NCBI GenBank assembly: GCA_030141605.1
Contig: JAQGDQ010000816.1
Location: forward strand, 1-64,000
DNA: 64,000 nt
Reading direction: 5' to 3'
Origin: Tubiluchus corallicola
Lineage: Eukaryota > Animalia > Priapulida
The position numbers and the translations under genes were made by a program. The first letter of the stretch is position 1. The number at the start of each line of letters is the position of its first letter. The notes beneath the pieces were generated by a model. The model was given only the letters and a program-made list of their open reading frames with translations. It had not been told where the DNA came from and did not search any database. This document shows positions 1-50,825 of the stretch, in pieces.

Positions 1-96
1 TTGCAATTTGTCATTCTCATCCCTGTATATTAAAATAAAACTCTAAGAAGCTTGTGTGTAATGGATAATTGCAAAGAAATAATCTCGTTACTGCAG

Positions 97-37318
<37,222 letters not shown>

Positions 37319-37719
37319 ATGACGCAAACAAGTTCGTCTCGTTTCGTTCTCCTAGCAACAGGCCTATTCAGCTAGTCTAGTTAATTCTTAAATGTGATGA
37401 TAGTGAAATATAGATTTGCACATGCGTGTAAGCATTTGCTATATCTTAAATCGTAGAAAACTAAATGTTATGTATCCAAAATGTTACTTGCAGTAGTGTA
37501 ATTTATTTGCACAGTATCTTTGTTGTTGTTACTGTTACAGTCACCGTACATTAATAATTTAAATGTATTGGAACTTGAAAGTATTACACGTCATTGGTAT
37601 GACCATGAGTTATTACTATTATTGTTGTTTTATGATGAGAATGACTTCCAGCTATTTTATGGGATAAAAACAAAAAATGATTGATATTTAAGAAATTCTT
37701 GGTATCTACTTCACATGTG

Positions 37720-38135
37720 TGAAACATAACTTAACAAGATCCTTGATCATTTCGAACGATAAATTACAGAAACATTTTGGGTATTAGATGGCCAAAGAAA
37801 ATTTCAAACAAAGATCTATATGAAAAAATAAAAGAAGAACCTTGGACAAGAAAAATAAAAAGATGCCGTTTAAGATGGATTGGGTATATGCTTAGATTAC
37901 CTGATGATGTTCCAGTGAAGATAGCTCTTCAACAAGCCATAGAACCAGCTAAAAAACCTGCAGGAGGACAAATGTTAACATATTTAGATTTTGCACAGAA
38001 ATATTTAAACACTTCAGCATTGATCCTTAGAAATAAATGCACTTGGTGCATTGCGGCGTGTAGGGAGTCCTGGCATCCCAGGTGAACAGAATCATGTCCT
38101 TGGACGTGTGATTCATTGGATGATGACGAAGTGAT
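37720..38135 (+). mobile_element. RTE-clade LINE 3' fragment in the V-ATPase 3'UTR region
   Basis: ILGIRWPKKISNKDLY..RLRWIGYMLRLPDD..AL motif typical of the RTE C-terminus; GAT-type tail. Confidence 0.8.
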
Positions 38136-38674
38136 GTACGAAAACTCGAAGACATTTGGCGATGCATTGATTATTTGCAGTTTTCTGACCTTCTTTCAAA
38201 AGGTTCATTTATACATGTTAGAGCTAAAAGGGTAAAATTCATTCTCTTTTTAAAATGCTACTAGAACATCTCTGTGTCATTAGAAGACTGTGAGATGAAG
38301 TTCCTGCTATTGAAATGTTCTAAGAAGACTGTTTAAGCGTGTAATCTAAACAAGTAAATTTAATTTAAAAGAATAAAAGCTATTTAGTGTAGAGCTTTGT
38401 ATAACCGGATTAGTAACTTCAAAGTCTGCATTTTGAATTTGACTTTGTGTTTGCTTTGCATATGCTTTGAACTCTTCTCGCATTTTGACATAATTTGTAG
38501 CGCGCAGAAAGTCGACGTTCTAGACTTGTTGAATGTATGGAAACATTAGAACAACCATGTAAAAAACTCTGTGTTTATAAAAAGATGCCAACCAATGTTA
38601 CAGAAGATATTTAGTTATAGTACTAAAAGCTGTGCTGAAAGGTAAAATTGTGTTGTTGACCTCAATACATTAAG

Positions 38675-38685
38675 ATTAAAATAAA
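38675..38685 (+). terminator. Candidate polyadenylation signal of the V-ATPase gene
   Basis: Overlapping ATTAAA/AATAAA followed by GT/T-rich sequence (38710-38760); another AATAAA near 38372. Confidence 0.45.
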
Positions 38686-38778
38686 TTCAGATGTTGTAAA
38701 GAAGTTAACTGTGTTTGGTCGTTTAGTTGTCTAGCTAGTCATTTTTTATTTTGTTTACTATAATTTCATGTATTACAC

Positions 38779-39192
38779 CAGGGATCTTCAGTGATCATTT
38801 TTGACCCTTGGGAATCGATGGGACTATCCAAGGGGTCAATAAACGCCTGGACAGTTTGTAGTTTTGGGGTCGAAAGCCAACATTTGTATAAGAAATAAAA
38901 AAACACGAAATACAAATTGCTGATACACATGTTTCTAATTTTGTTTCCCTTCCCTGAGCTTCCTTAGAGATACAGGGAGAGTGGATACAGAACAACAATG
39001 CCGCAGGCCTTGGCATGTAGTTTACTGATGTATATGCAAGCAGGGTTTGGTATGCAGTTTCCCTCACTAGTGTATATGGAAACTGCACATATACTTCGTT
39101 ATTATTAATTATTTTTTGTACATGCCTGGGGGTCGATGAGAAATCCAGTATTCCATGAAGGATTCAATGGTCTAAAAAATCCGGGACCCCTG
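38779..39192. mobile_element. hAT-like MITE (degraded)
   Basis: CAGGGATC.. / ..GGGACCCCTG termini; TSD poorly preserved. Confidence 0.5.
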
Positions 39193-39889
39193 AATTATGC
39201 AATTCTACTATCAATCATTAAGTGAAGGTCTATTATTTTGACTCATTTTTAGCAACCACATGAGATTATGAAAGCGAAAAAAAACATTAATGGTAGGTGC
39301 AAACTGATTGATACTTTGCGTACACTGCTTGTCATAGCAACATTATGGTGGTAAAGCCTGATTGTAGTTTGGACAAAACTTGGTGCACTTAGCAGACTTC
39401 CAGCATTAGTTGCACAGACAATTGTTATGATCAGAATTTAACTGTACTTAGACCAACTCGGAAACTTAATGCATTGACACAGCGTGCCTGAAATTTAGAA
39501 AATTCAAGTGATCAACGTTTTAAGCATGTCAGTAACAGTAAGCCTACAGAGATTATTCTGCTGATGTAATGACAAAGACACAATGGTAGTATAGCACTAT
39601 TTTCAGTATGAACGAACATAACAAGTTAAAATAAGATTACCAAAATCTTCAATTTCCACAAAGCAAGAATGCATTGTGCAATGAACCAGTCGCTGCAGAT
39701 AATCGAAATCGCAAAAGCAACATACAAGAAGCTGTGACTGATAAACAAAGATTGATGCTACTGATTTGTTGTTTTGTACCTGTCTGAAGGCAGATTTCTT
39801 TTGTTTTAGAATTCTCCCTGCCCAATGTCTACAATAGACGTGATGATGATGAGTAACTGATAAAAGTGTGTCACGTTGTCTTTAAATTC

Positions 39890-39899
39890 GTCACGTGAC
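39890..39899. promoter_or_regulatory. Palindromic extended E-box GTCACGTGAC (CLEAR/M-box/USF type) in the putative Kelch-gene promoter
   Basis: Exact 10-bp palindrome. It is followed by a YY1-like ATGGCG, a possible donor (ttg|gtaatt at 39964) and an acceptor at 40251. Confidence 0.5.
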
Positions 39900-40261
39900 A
39901 ACACCCACAAACATGATGGCGATACGAACTGTAGTGTAGACCTGTGAATACAACGTAATTATTGGTAATTATACACTAAATATATGAGTAAATTACCACG
40001 AGATTAGCGGAAACATTCACTGGTGACGTGAGAATAATGACCTACGAGCCCAGAAACGAGTAATAACCTAGAAAAAACTAGGGGGTGCGAAAGTGTAATG
40101 GCGCCGAAATTAAGTCTTAACGTAAGAGTTCGATTATTTAATGCTTATGTTACCAGCAAATTTATGTAGAACAGTGAAACTTGAGAATGCTCAGACCAAG
40201 CAGACGTAGCTACATCGTTTGATAATTTGTATCAGCATCAATTTGCAACAGGTGTTTTTGA

Positions 40262-40513
40262 ATGGCTGATATGGAAACTGAGGAGGCAGCCGCAGCACAT
40301 GAAGGTAGTCACAAGAAGAAGGTGAGCAGTAGCCATAAAGCTGTACAGACTGATGAGAATGGAGATGAGAAGGTTAAAACTGCTAAATCTACCGTTGTGA
40401 GCAAGGCTGTTATACCAGCACCCGATTGTTCTGAATGCGGCGTTCAGACCGACGTTGGCGGATTGGATGTGTCGTTAAAAGTGGGGAATTCGACAATAAA
40501 ATGCTGCAAAAAG
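40262..40513 (+). CDS. Kelch-like gene coding exon 1 (disordered N-terminus and BTB start)
   Basis: Acceptor caacag| at 40251, ATG at 40262, AAG|gtaatt. Confidence 0.85.
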
Positions 40514-43500
40514 GTAATTTTAAGTAAAGTGTATCAGTTTGTCGCAGAGTTTGATAATGTTTCTGTCACCTTGTTGCAGGCTAGTTGTATTAATTATTGG
40601 TTTCTTTCTGTTTCATCGCTTATTTTGTGTAAGTTTATCTTCTATTTGACGGATCATTTTATATCGTAATTGGCGATGGGCGATTTTGAAATTTTCTAAT
40701 TCGATTACAATCTTGTTCTTGTAATTTGATATCTCAATCAATCCTTTGCGTTATTTTTTTTAGTGCTTTAGCCATATTTTTCAAACATTGCAGCACTGAA
40801 ATATAGCCTATAAAGTTCTTCGGGGCTTTCGTCGCTGTGTGCCATTTTCGTACTGGCAAACAATTTTTAATTACTCCATTCATTAACTACTCTATTACTA
40901 TGTCAACTAAACATGTCACATCAAAATGAATAAGAAGCCCCAGTTTGCAACACTGTGGTTTGCAATTGTGCACATCGTGTAAGGTGAGAAAAACGAAGAA
41001 AAAATGCAAGAATTTCGTTTATTTGTAATAAAGCACTGCATTTTAGTCAGTGTGCAACACGTGTATTTTACTCTCGATTAACTGAATTACTGTTCAATTG
41101 CCGATTATGTCGATTTATACATGACTGTAATTTCGATTAATCTGTTAATTGCCCATCACTAAGCTTCATTGTATCTGAGTAAGTAGTTTAAGACATTGTC
41201 TTGACTATGCATCAACATGCCGCTGTTGTGGAGATATACGAAGTAGTTTTATTTGGTATTGTCTTGGACATTTCGCCTCAGTTTTCAATGTTTCCTACAT
41301 TCAATTGGTGTCGTTTAACCATTGTTAACAGGTAGTCGCCAACTTACGATCTGTGCAACTTATGACTGTTTGACTTGACGACCTGAGCACAACTTGATTA
41401 ATTAATATTTCCTTCTATTTTTAAGTAAATTAACTTTAAATCACTAGCGGTTTCAGTAAGTTCATCTGTAGGAGCTGCTATATTTAGTGCGCGCACGCAT
41501 ATCGTCTTACGTTACGTGTAAGGGCACATCACTAGAACATACGGGATTTCTCCTTTCCTGTCGTTATGTACACTACTTTTCCTTCTAGTAATATTTCACT
41601 TGAAATAGGTTATAATGTGTTTTCCTTCAGTTACTTAGGTATGCCAGGTTATGTTCAACTAAAAATGGGTTTTTGATTAGAGCAGCTAGGTTCTATAAAG
41701 TTATGTCAAATAGGGTTACTCTATGACGAGTCTTCTTCAATCTTGTGAAATTGTTTTTAAAAGTCGCTGTTTTCTTTTATTTAAGTTTGGTTGGTATTCG
41801 GTTAAGCAAGTGCCTGTCGCCTTGATGTGATTTTGGTGATGAGAAACTTGTCTAGCCTTTTCTCACTTTGCGGTCATGTTGTGGGAGCCCCTTCTCTTTC
41901 TTTGTCATTGCTGCAGTTGGTTTAAGTTGCTGTTCTGTGTGTCTTTGCTTTGTATTATGTGTTATGTCTGTAGTTATCACTTTAACATCTAAGATTGGCC
42001 AGTCAATGTGTTATGTGTTATGTCTGTAGTTATCACTTTAACATCTAAGTTTGGACAGTCAGTGTATTATGTGTTACGTCTGTAATTATAACTTTAACAT
42101 CTAAGTTTGGGCAGTCAATGTATTATGTGTTACGTCTGTAATTATCACTTTAACATCTAAGATTGGGCAGTCAATGTATTATGTGTTATGTCTGTAGTTA
42201 TCACTTTAACATCTAAGATTGGGCAGTCATTGTATTATGTGTTATGTCTGTAGTTATCACTTTAACATCTAAGATTGGGCAGTCAATGTGTTGTGTTATG
42301 TCTGTAGTTATAACTTTAACATCTAAGGTTGGACAGTCAATGTATTATGTGTTATGTCTGTAGTTATCACTTTAACATCTAAGATTGGGCAGTCATTGTA
42401 TTATGTTATGTCTGTAGTTATCACTTTAACATCTAAGGTTGGGCAGTCATTGTGACTGGGTCCCCGCCGGGAGAGTTTGAAGATAGTGAGTAGGGACTGA
42501 AAGAATCTCACCTGTCGACCCTTTTCCTTTGGTGGTAATTTTGTACGCGTGTGCCATAGTAAATTGTATGATTTGCAGTTGTTTGTGTGTGTGATGTTGA
42601 TGTCATTTGAATTTAATTCTAAATCATCTTACAACGAATGGCCGGAACCGATTGTGGTCATAAGTCAATTACCTGTATACCTGTAGTGTGCCATTGTTTA
42701 TTGATGATGACTTTAAAAGTTCATAAACAATCAGTAGGAGGTTTATCCGCAGCATATAATCAAGACGACACTGTAGTTTTATTTTGCATTTTCAGGCACT
42801 AAGCGTCGCTAGTGCATACTTTGATGCCATGTTTTCGGTGGAGATGAAGGAAAATCAAACTCAAGAAGTACGCCTAGAGGGCATCTCATACTCCACTTTA
42901 GCCACTCTTGTAGAATATGCATATCTACATTACTACGATCACCTGGATTCAAGAGTATCAACTTTAAATGTAAGTAATGAGAATGAGCATGTAACATGCG
43001 GTGTATTCATGCAATATTTCAAACTTCACTTTACTTTCTACTGTTGTAGTTCTTTCCCTGGGCTTGCTCTACCATTAGTCGAACTAATCAAATTTCGAAA
43101 ATAATTCTTTAACTTTTAAGTTTAAGATAAGTAGTAACACAATATAGGTGTAATTGCTGAAAGGAAGGCAGGTGATTTTTCATATACCACTCCATGTTTA
43201 AGTACAGTAATAGCATACATTTTAACACCAATAATACTGTAAAAGTGTTTCTGATAATTAAATAACAGATTAAAATCGCATTAACAATGGGCAGTCCAAC
43301 TAGTGATGACATCACAAACTAACATAATTTTCAACATCAAAAATATTCCACGAGCAAAAGCAGAAATTAAAGTAATTCAGTGTGTTGTACTTAAACTAGA
43401 GAAGTTTTAAGATTTCAAATTTACCACTGTGCACATGCATGAGCTGTTGAATGTGTGCAGTTTGTCACAAACTAACACATCTGGGTTGAGAGGTATGGCA

Positions 43501-46500
43501 CCTTTTTTGTGACGGGTTTCCGAAATGCAGGTGCTAGTGCTAGTGCATGTTTAACCAGCGAATGGCAAAATGCGTGTAACAGCGTAGAACTAGAGTGCCG
43601 CGAACGTGACATTGCGTTTGTGTGGTAATAATTCTTTGACATAAGTCATTTTTGAAAAAATTGTACGTTTTCTCTCAATGTATTAAAGAGTAGATTGTTT
43701 TTACTTACAATTTAAGGGCCCAGTTTTGCTTGAAGGTTCAGTTATTTTGGGTTATTTTTCAGCAGAATGCCATTCAAGAAACAAATGTTTCTGTCGGCTG
43801 TTGATGTAAAAGGAAAATGTAGTTTTTCAAAGTTTTGTTGTGCGCAGGAGCAGTTGTTGTAGGTCAAAGATTAGGGAGCAGGACGTCTTAACTATAACCG
43901 TCACCTGACATGTGTGTAGTTTATTTTGACGTACTGTTTAACATTGGGTCCGGTATTTCCTTTAAAGTACAAGAAAATGACCGACCAAAGTATGCCCCAG
44001 AAAATTCGCAATAAAAAGTTATATCACCTAAGTATAATCTTAAGCGAGTAAAATACTCACGTTTTCGCATTTACTCCAACTTTTGTAAAATATTTCAATA
44101 GCTGCCGTTAACGTTGGCGCAGACATGTTTCATTTAGTCCGCCAGTTGAAAAGCCAGAATGTGATTGATCACGTGGCATGACATCACTCGAACACAGTCG
44201 CAGTGAGTTCTGAGCACATGTACTATAAAGATTTGTGTTGTGGTTCTGTGACGCCATCTAATATGGCGCCGCTGTGACAGTCTCGTGGGAATATTTAAAA
44301 TGAAAACAAACAGGAAATTCTTTTAACGCAAGTACAATAAACGCTTAAGATTGACTCTAACCGTCACAATTCTTTAGCGAAAATTTTCAGAGACTTGCTT
44401 TAACTAGACCTTTTCTTGCCCTTTAAGTCGCCAGTTCATTGATGATGCTACAAGGTAAATCTCCCGCCCAACCAACATTCATTGTATAGTGCTAGATAAC
44501 TGTTTCTTACTGTAGACTGAGGCACTAAGCTTTAAGTCGCAAACATGCATAATTAACATTGTGTCAGAAATAAATGACACCTGGTAGAATAAGTAACTTT
44601 AACTTGATCAAAATTTTATCAGCTTATAATGGCAAACAAGTCGATGCACATATATTTGTGTCATGACCACTTTCTAGAGAAAATAACGATACTTAGCGCT
44701 TCAGTTAAGGTAAAAAAAATTTGGCACTAGAATGAGAAACTTGCATTAGGTAGGATTAAGAATTCTTCTTTAAAGTAAAGCATTTGTTGGTAAGTGAGGA
44801 ACAGGTGCAAAAAGATCGTCGACTTTAAAAAATGAATCCTTACTAAACGGGATGTGGTTAAGAATATTAATTTGTTTTTGATAATTCAACTGCGAAAGTG
44901 CTGACAGTGATATTGTTGTTTTTTTGCATTAGGAGGAGTGAATTTCAGTGCTAAAACTGATATGGAGTTTACATGAAGGTCGCACGGGTCGAATCTGTAT
45001 TACAAGCCCTATTGTTCACTATCGTGTGAAAATATGTCGTATCTAGTCAACTTCGGAAGAGGCTAGTCCCATTGTACCAGCTGTCAGACAAATAAGTTTC
45101 ACGCTGCGCTAGGCAACCGGAATATTCAGTAGGGTAGATTCCAGCTAATAATTTTGCTCCGCGTTACTTAAAGTGCTGCACAAATGCCTAAACATGTTAA
45201 ATGACCCTAAAAATGTTAAATGAGTTGTTGGCTTCCGTGATTAGGAGCTCAATGTATGTCCGGGACAGGTGTGAGACCCGGAATAAATATTAGCAGAAAA
45301 TTGTAGCCATGAGTGTTAAAGTGCAACTTTGGTGCCAAAAGACCAAAATTTTATATTTACAACTGGCCATTTCTTACAAATGACCGAGTTCCCCAATGCA
45401 CGCGAGTAGTGCTGAAACGAGCAAACTTAAACTACTAACGCGAAAATATTCTGCTTTATTGTCTGTGCTTCTCAGACCTCGGGTACATAATGTAACAGCT
45501 CAGCAGTATTGTCAGCTGCCGCAAAAGCCACCTAGTGGTGGATGAACGCCGCCTTTGTTATTAGTTTATTGGTTAGTGGCCGGATTGTGCATTGTTTTCG
45601 TGTAAAGTCAGTAAAAGTCTGCACAATTGAATTGTTGTTGCTGGTAAAGGTGTTCATCTATTGAGAATGTACACTTTATGATTTTTGTTTTGTTTTTCAG
45701 TTAAAGAAAATGGCAGATTGCCTGGTAAGTGTAGCTTTGTCGTTCAGTTGCAAACACAAGCATCTGTTATTGTTTATAGTAGTTCAGTGTTCCTGGTTTA
45801 GCAGAGAGTTTACGCTACAATCGCAGAATGCTTTGTCGTGATTGTAGTAGCGGAACTGAAGTCATCCTACAGTCACGATGATCGTAGATGGGAATCATTG
45901 CTGTGCTTGCAAACCAAAGTCGTCCGTAAGTTGGCATAGTCAAAGCATCAGCGTCTAGCATCAAATTATCAGGAAAATGTCCAAAAAATACTATAAATAT
46001 AATTTTATAACTCCTTATTCACTTTTCTGTCTAGAAACTAGTATTGCAATTGTAAAATTCTTGTATTTTCTAACTCCGGTTGTAGCTCGTGGAAGCAACC
46101 ATTTTGCTTCGGGTTTTTTCTTTTTACAAGACAAGATCTCCGTCAAGAAGAGCCATCTACGGATTTAAATGTAACTTCAATTTGCTCTTGTAAAATCCAC
46201 AGCAACCACACTTTCGTGCGGTTGCTAAGTGTTTTGTAGAGACACGACAAAAACAATGGCTGACTTTAACAGCATTTTTCTCAAGATTATGTTTTTCAGT
46301 GTGCAGCCTGCACCTTAACTTCAACGTGGATTATCTCAGCTTAGAAATAACGTAGAGCGATGAGCTTGGTATCAGAATGATCCTCATGAAATGGAGATTT
46401 GGGATATGTAAATAACTAGAAAAGCTTAATTGCCGACTTATGGTATTTTGCTATGCAAGCACACATTTGTATTGTAGTTACATTGTAAAGCACACCGCAT

Positions 46501-49500
46501 ACTGGCTAATTTATACTTTCGTAAAATTCAAACAGATTTTCCGGTCCTTAGGTGTTCGTGTTGTACATTGGTTACTCACCGTTACTGTATGTTTTTAGTA
46601 TTCCTTATATGAAATATGTATTGCAATGCTTCATTAATGTGTTTTATTTTCTTGAACAGATCACAGACTCCAATATTCAGGATCTGCTGCAAGCTTCATG
46701 TAGGTTCCAGTTTACGAAAATGATTTCTTACTGCGAAGTGTACATGATGCATCACATCGACAGCGACAATTGCCTCAGCATTTTATCGTGGGCGGTTCCA
46801 CTTAACCTTACCAAGCTGCGGAAGAAAGCGTTCGGCTATGCGCTGTGGAACTTTCATCAAGTGTTCTCTTCGCCAGAGTTTCTAAACTTGCCTTACGACA
46901 TCGTTCATCAGTACTTGTCGCATGATTGGCTGAACTTAGACAGTGTGCGGCAGCATGCTGACGACGTTTGTCCGCACGGCGAATTTGCAGTGTTCGAAGC
47001 GGCGTTGAACTGGTCTTCGCATTCGCCCGATAGGACGTTGTTCTTCTGCGACCTGTTAGAATGTGTGAGATTTGATTATACCATGAGCGAACACGTGCGA
47101 CACATACAAAAACTGCCACTCGTAAGTAATTGTGAAAAATGTACGACGTACATGAGTGGGAAAGAGCCTTGCATGAGACAGCAACATGGATTGGAAGATA
47201 AACAGCCGCGATCGGTAAGTTTATTTTAGTTCGTTTCTCCGTAACGTTTCAGGAATGAATTTATGTATAAAAACATGTGTATAAACACAAATAGAGTAAA
47301 AATGTGTTAATTAAGTAAATTTAATGTCAATGAAATAGGGTAACCTAGCCACGGGGGGGGGGGTGGGCAAGCCAGCCCAACTCAGTGCTGGTCCCAAGCC
47401 CGGATAAATAGGGAGGGTTAGGGTCAGGAAGGGCATCCTCCTGAAAAAACTGCTCCAAAACCTTCTATGAATGAGTCGGTGAGTGCAAAGAAGTGGTCAG
47501 ACCCGCTCTAATCTATGGGCTGGAAGCAGCTTCTCTAGCTGAAGACCGAAGAGAAGAAAATGGGTGTGCTGGAGATGAGGATGTTGAGATGGATGGTGGG
47601 AATAACAAGAAGAGATAAAATTAGAAATAATAATATCAGAGGAACAGTAAAAGTAGTGGAAGCCTCGCAAGATTGCGATGGTATGGACACCCGAAAAGAA
47701 GAGTCGGTGAAGATCTTGTGGGAAGGGAAGACATAAATGAAGAGATGGTCAACAACAAGAATGCGTGGAGAAGACTCATTCACAACGGCTACCCCGTATA
47801 GGGAAAAGCTAGGAAGAAGAAGAAGAATGTCAATGAAATACGGTAGTGAATTGACTGAAAAGTCATCAAGTCACTTACGTTTAATTTGGCAACGAGATAG
47901 GTAATTTGCGTTCTGGTTAACGTGGCAGATTAAATAATGATGTGAAATTGTTTGTTAAATAATTGTACATAATTATTATCTGTTTAACTGATTGACCAGG
48001 AAATAAATGATTAAGTTTTATGTTTTGCTACACGTTCGGACATGCGCGTTTTCTGTCTCTAGTTTCTTCTCTGACGGCAAACTCTTTTGTGAATTGCCTT
48101 GTGAGTTACTGTTGGCAAGGTATTTTAAACTCTCCCGCACTTGCTATGAGTTGACTTATTGTCTAATGTGAACGTCGCAGTGAGTTACTCTCGACACTTC
48201 TCATGGCGAAATCAGAAGTGAGTGTCAGCTTGCGCTTTCTGTCGGAGAGTAACTCACAGCAAGTTTTGTTCTCTATTTTGAACATGCTTGCGAGTTACTA
48301 GGCAAGTTACTTGCAGTGCATAGAGAATTGAGTGCCAGCTCACGCTTTCTGGTGGACAGTAACTTGCAGCAAGTTTTGCTCTCTAGGTTGAACACATTTG
48401 CGAGTTACTCTGCAAGTTTACTTGGTGAGAAAACTCGTTAGTCTGAATGCACCGTTAGTGAATAACTGAACAATTAAATGTGAAATTTATTTGATACTGG
48501 ACAATGTGCGAATCTGTTATTCATTTTGTATCAATTAAAGCAATTGTACTTAGATGCTCAAATTTTGATACATTATAATTTATATTGTATTTCAGAGAGT
48601 GTCAGGTTTTACATATTAGTGGAAGTTTTTTTATTTTCTGTGGCAATAATTACTTGTTTGTTGTTTTTTCACTAGCACTAAACTCAGGCATTTGGGTTCA
48701 ATTCTGACTGATCACTTTTTAGGACAACATTTTATTTATTCTTTTAGATAAAAAGTTAGTTTAAAGCAAAATTAGGGGTGAAATAAATGTGTTTTTTGCC
48801 AATTTTTTATTGTAATTTGGTGTCTTGGCTTTTTTTCTAAATTATGTGTCTAATTTGTGTTGCAACAAGAATTAGCCACGGGTTACTTATACAAGTCGGA
48901 CCAGTGCAACATGCTCACTGACTCTGGCAGCTCCTGCAGCCAACCTGGTGCCAAACTTATCGCTCCACTTTCCTTTGGACTACACCAGGGAGGAAGAGAG
49001 GGGGTTCCTGTTGTCTCGGCAACTCAGGATCTCCATACACCTTACCCAGGCGTGTGCCCTGGAGAGGCCACTCCAGTTCAATCCTGTTCGCTCAGCCACA
49101 GTCAACACTGCAGCTCCATCAATGTGATCAATAGCTGACTCTCTTGGCGCACATTCCATTGTCTTCCGAGACAGAAGGATGCCAACAACTTATAGTAGAA
49201 TTTATTATACATAGCTGTCCGAGTCATTGTTATGAATACTAAAATTATGTAGCATTTTTGCAATAGTTAGGTTTGATTCTGTGCTTAAAAATATCTTACT
49301 TAATATGGGTTAGTGGGCTGCAGTTCTCAAAAAAAATTACTGTATGTTATACAAACTTCATACTTGTAGTGACAAGCAAAATTCTTTTTTAGCATCCCTA
49401 TGCTGTCTTGTTAACCCACGTTTCTGATGTCGAGCAGAAGAAGCAAAGTCAGAGGACAGACGAAGAAGAAGAAGAAGTTCCATGCAAGCGGAAACGAACG

Positions 49501-50648
49501 GTAACAGTGAATTTTTCTCTTACTTGTTCGTGAAATGTTGCCAAGATGAGATGTTTCAATGTGTAATATCAGTGCAAACAGTGTGCAACCATTGAGAGTT
49601 CGTCATTGTCAGTATTTTCTTCTCTTATATTTGTCACATTATGATTACTGATTGCTTTTGTTCATTTATTACATTCAAGACTTACTGCTCAAATTTTCTT
49701 CCTTTTGTTTTTGTTTTTTTGCATTCATGATTTAACTACATTTTCGTTCATTTGCTGCATTTTAGTTCACTCGCTGCATTTATGATTTAATCAGATTGCT
49801 TTACACACTTTACACAGTTTGTTGTATTTGCGCTATAAATATTATATTAGAGATAAATAAACCTTTTGAATTGAATTGAATTTACTTGCTGAGTATACTG
49901 TGGTTAAGAGACAGTGACAGTTTAGTAGGTTAGTAGTTTGTGTCATGCTGAATTAATAGTTTGCTAAACAATAAGCCGTTTCACAGTTCCAGTGATTGAT
50001 GAGGATTGTGAAGGGTAACTGTCAAATGTCAACGGTTAACTGTACGAGACGACAAATTTATGTACACTTGACAATGCCTCGCAGCCCATGCTACTGTAAC
50101 AGTAATAATTTTAATAGCTAGCTAGAACCTTACCACATTAATTTTTTCTAGTTCCCAAGCAAGGTCCTGCTAGTAAATCACTCTATGTGCAGATTAATGC
50201 ATAACTAAGTAAAGTTCACGTAAAACAGCTGAAGTAATTGAACTGATATGGTAGACGGCTTTGCTTCACTCGCATGTCATGTGACGGTTGTAGTTAAGAT
50301 GCATTCCTGTGGTACACTTAACCTTTGACCTACAACAACTGCGCATGAGCACAATGAAACTGTGAAAAGGCATATTGATGTCGGCTTGGGATTCAAAACT
50401 AAAGACTTGGAATTTGCGTACGAAGGATTTACTACAGACACTGGCTTCCACGCATTTTTGTGGTGGTTGTGAAACTAACTTGAAGTTTATTAGTTTGTTT
50501 GTTCATGTCTTTGTTTATTGTAACACCAACCAATCAGTACAAAGTAATATGCAAAAATATAGTGAAACAGTAATAGTACAGTGTACTAAGTAGGCCTAAG
50601 TACTGAATATACTGAGCAGCATATTTATCTTCTTTTTATTTATTATTA

Positions 50649-50688
<40 letters not shown>

Positions 50689-50740
50689 CATCATCATCAT
50701 CATCATCATCATCGTCATCATCATCATTATTACTATTATT

Positions 50741-50772
<32 letters not shown>

Positions 50773-50778
50773 TATTAC

Positions 50779-50825
<47 letters not shown>

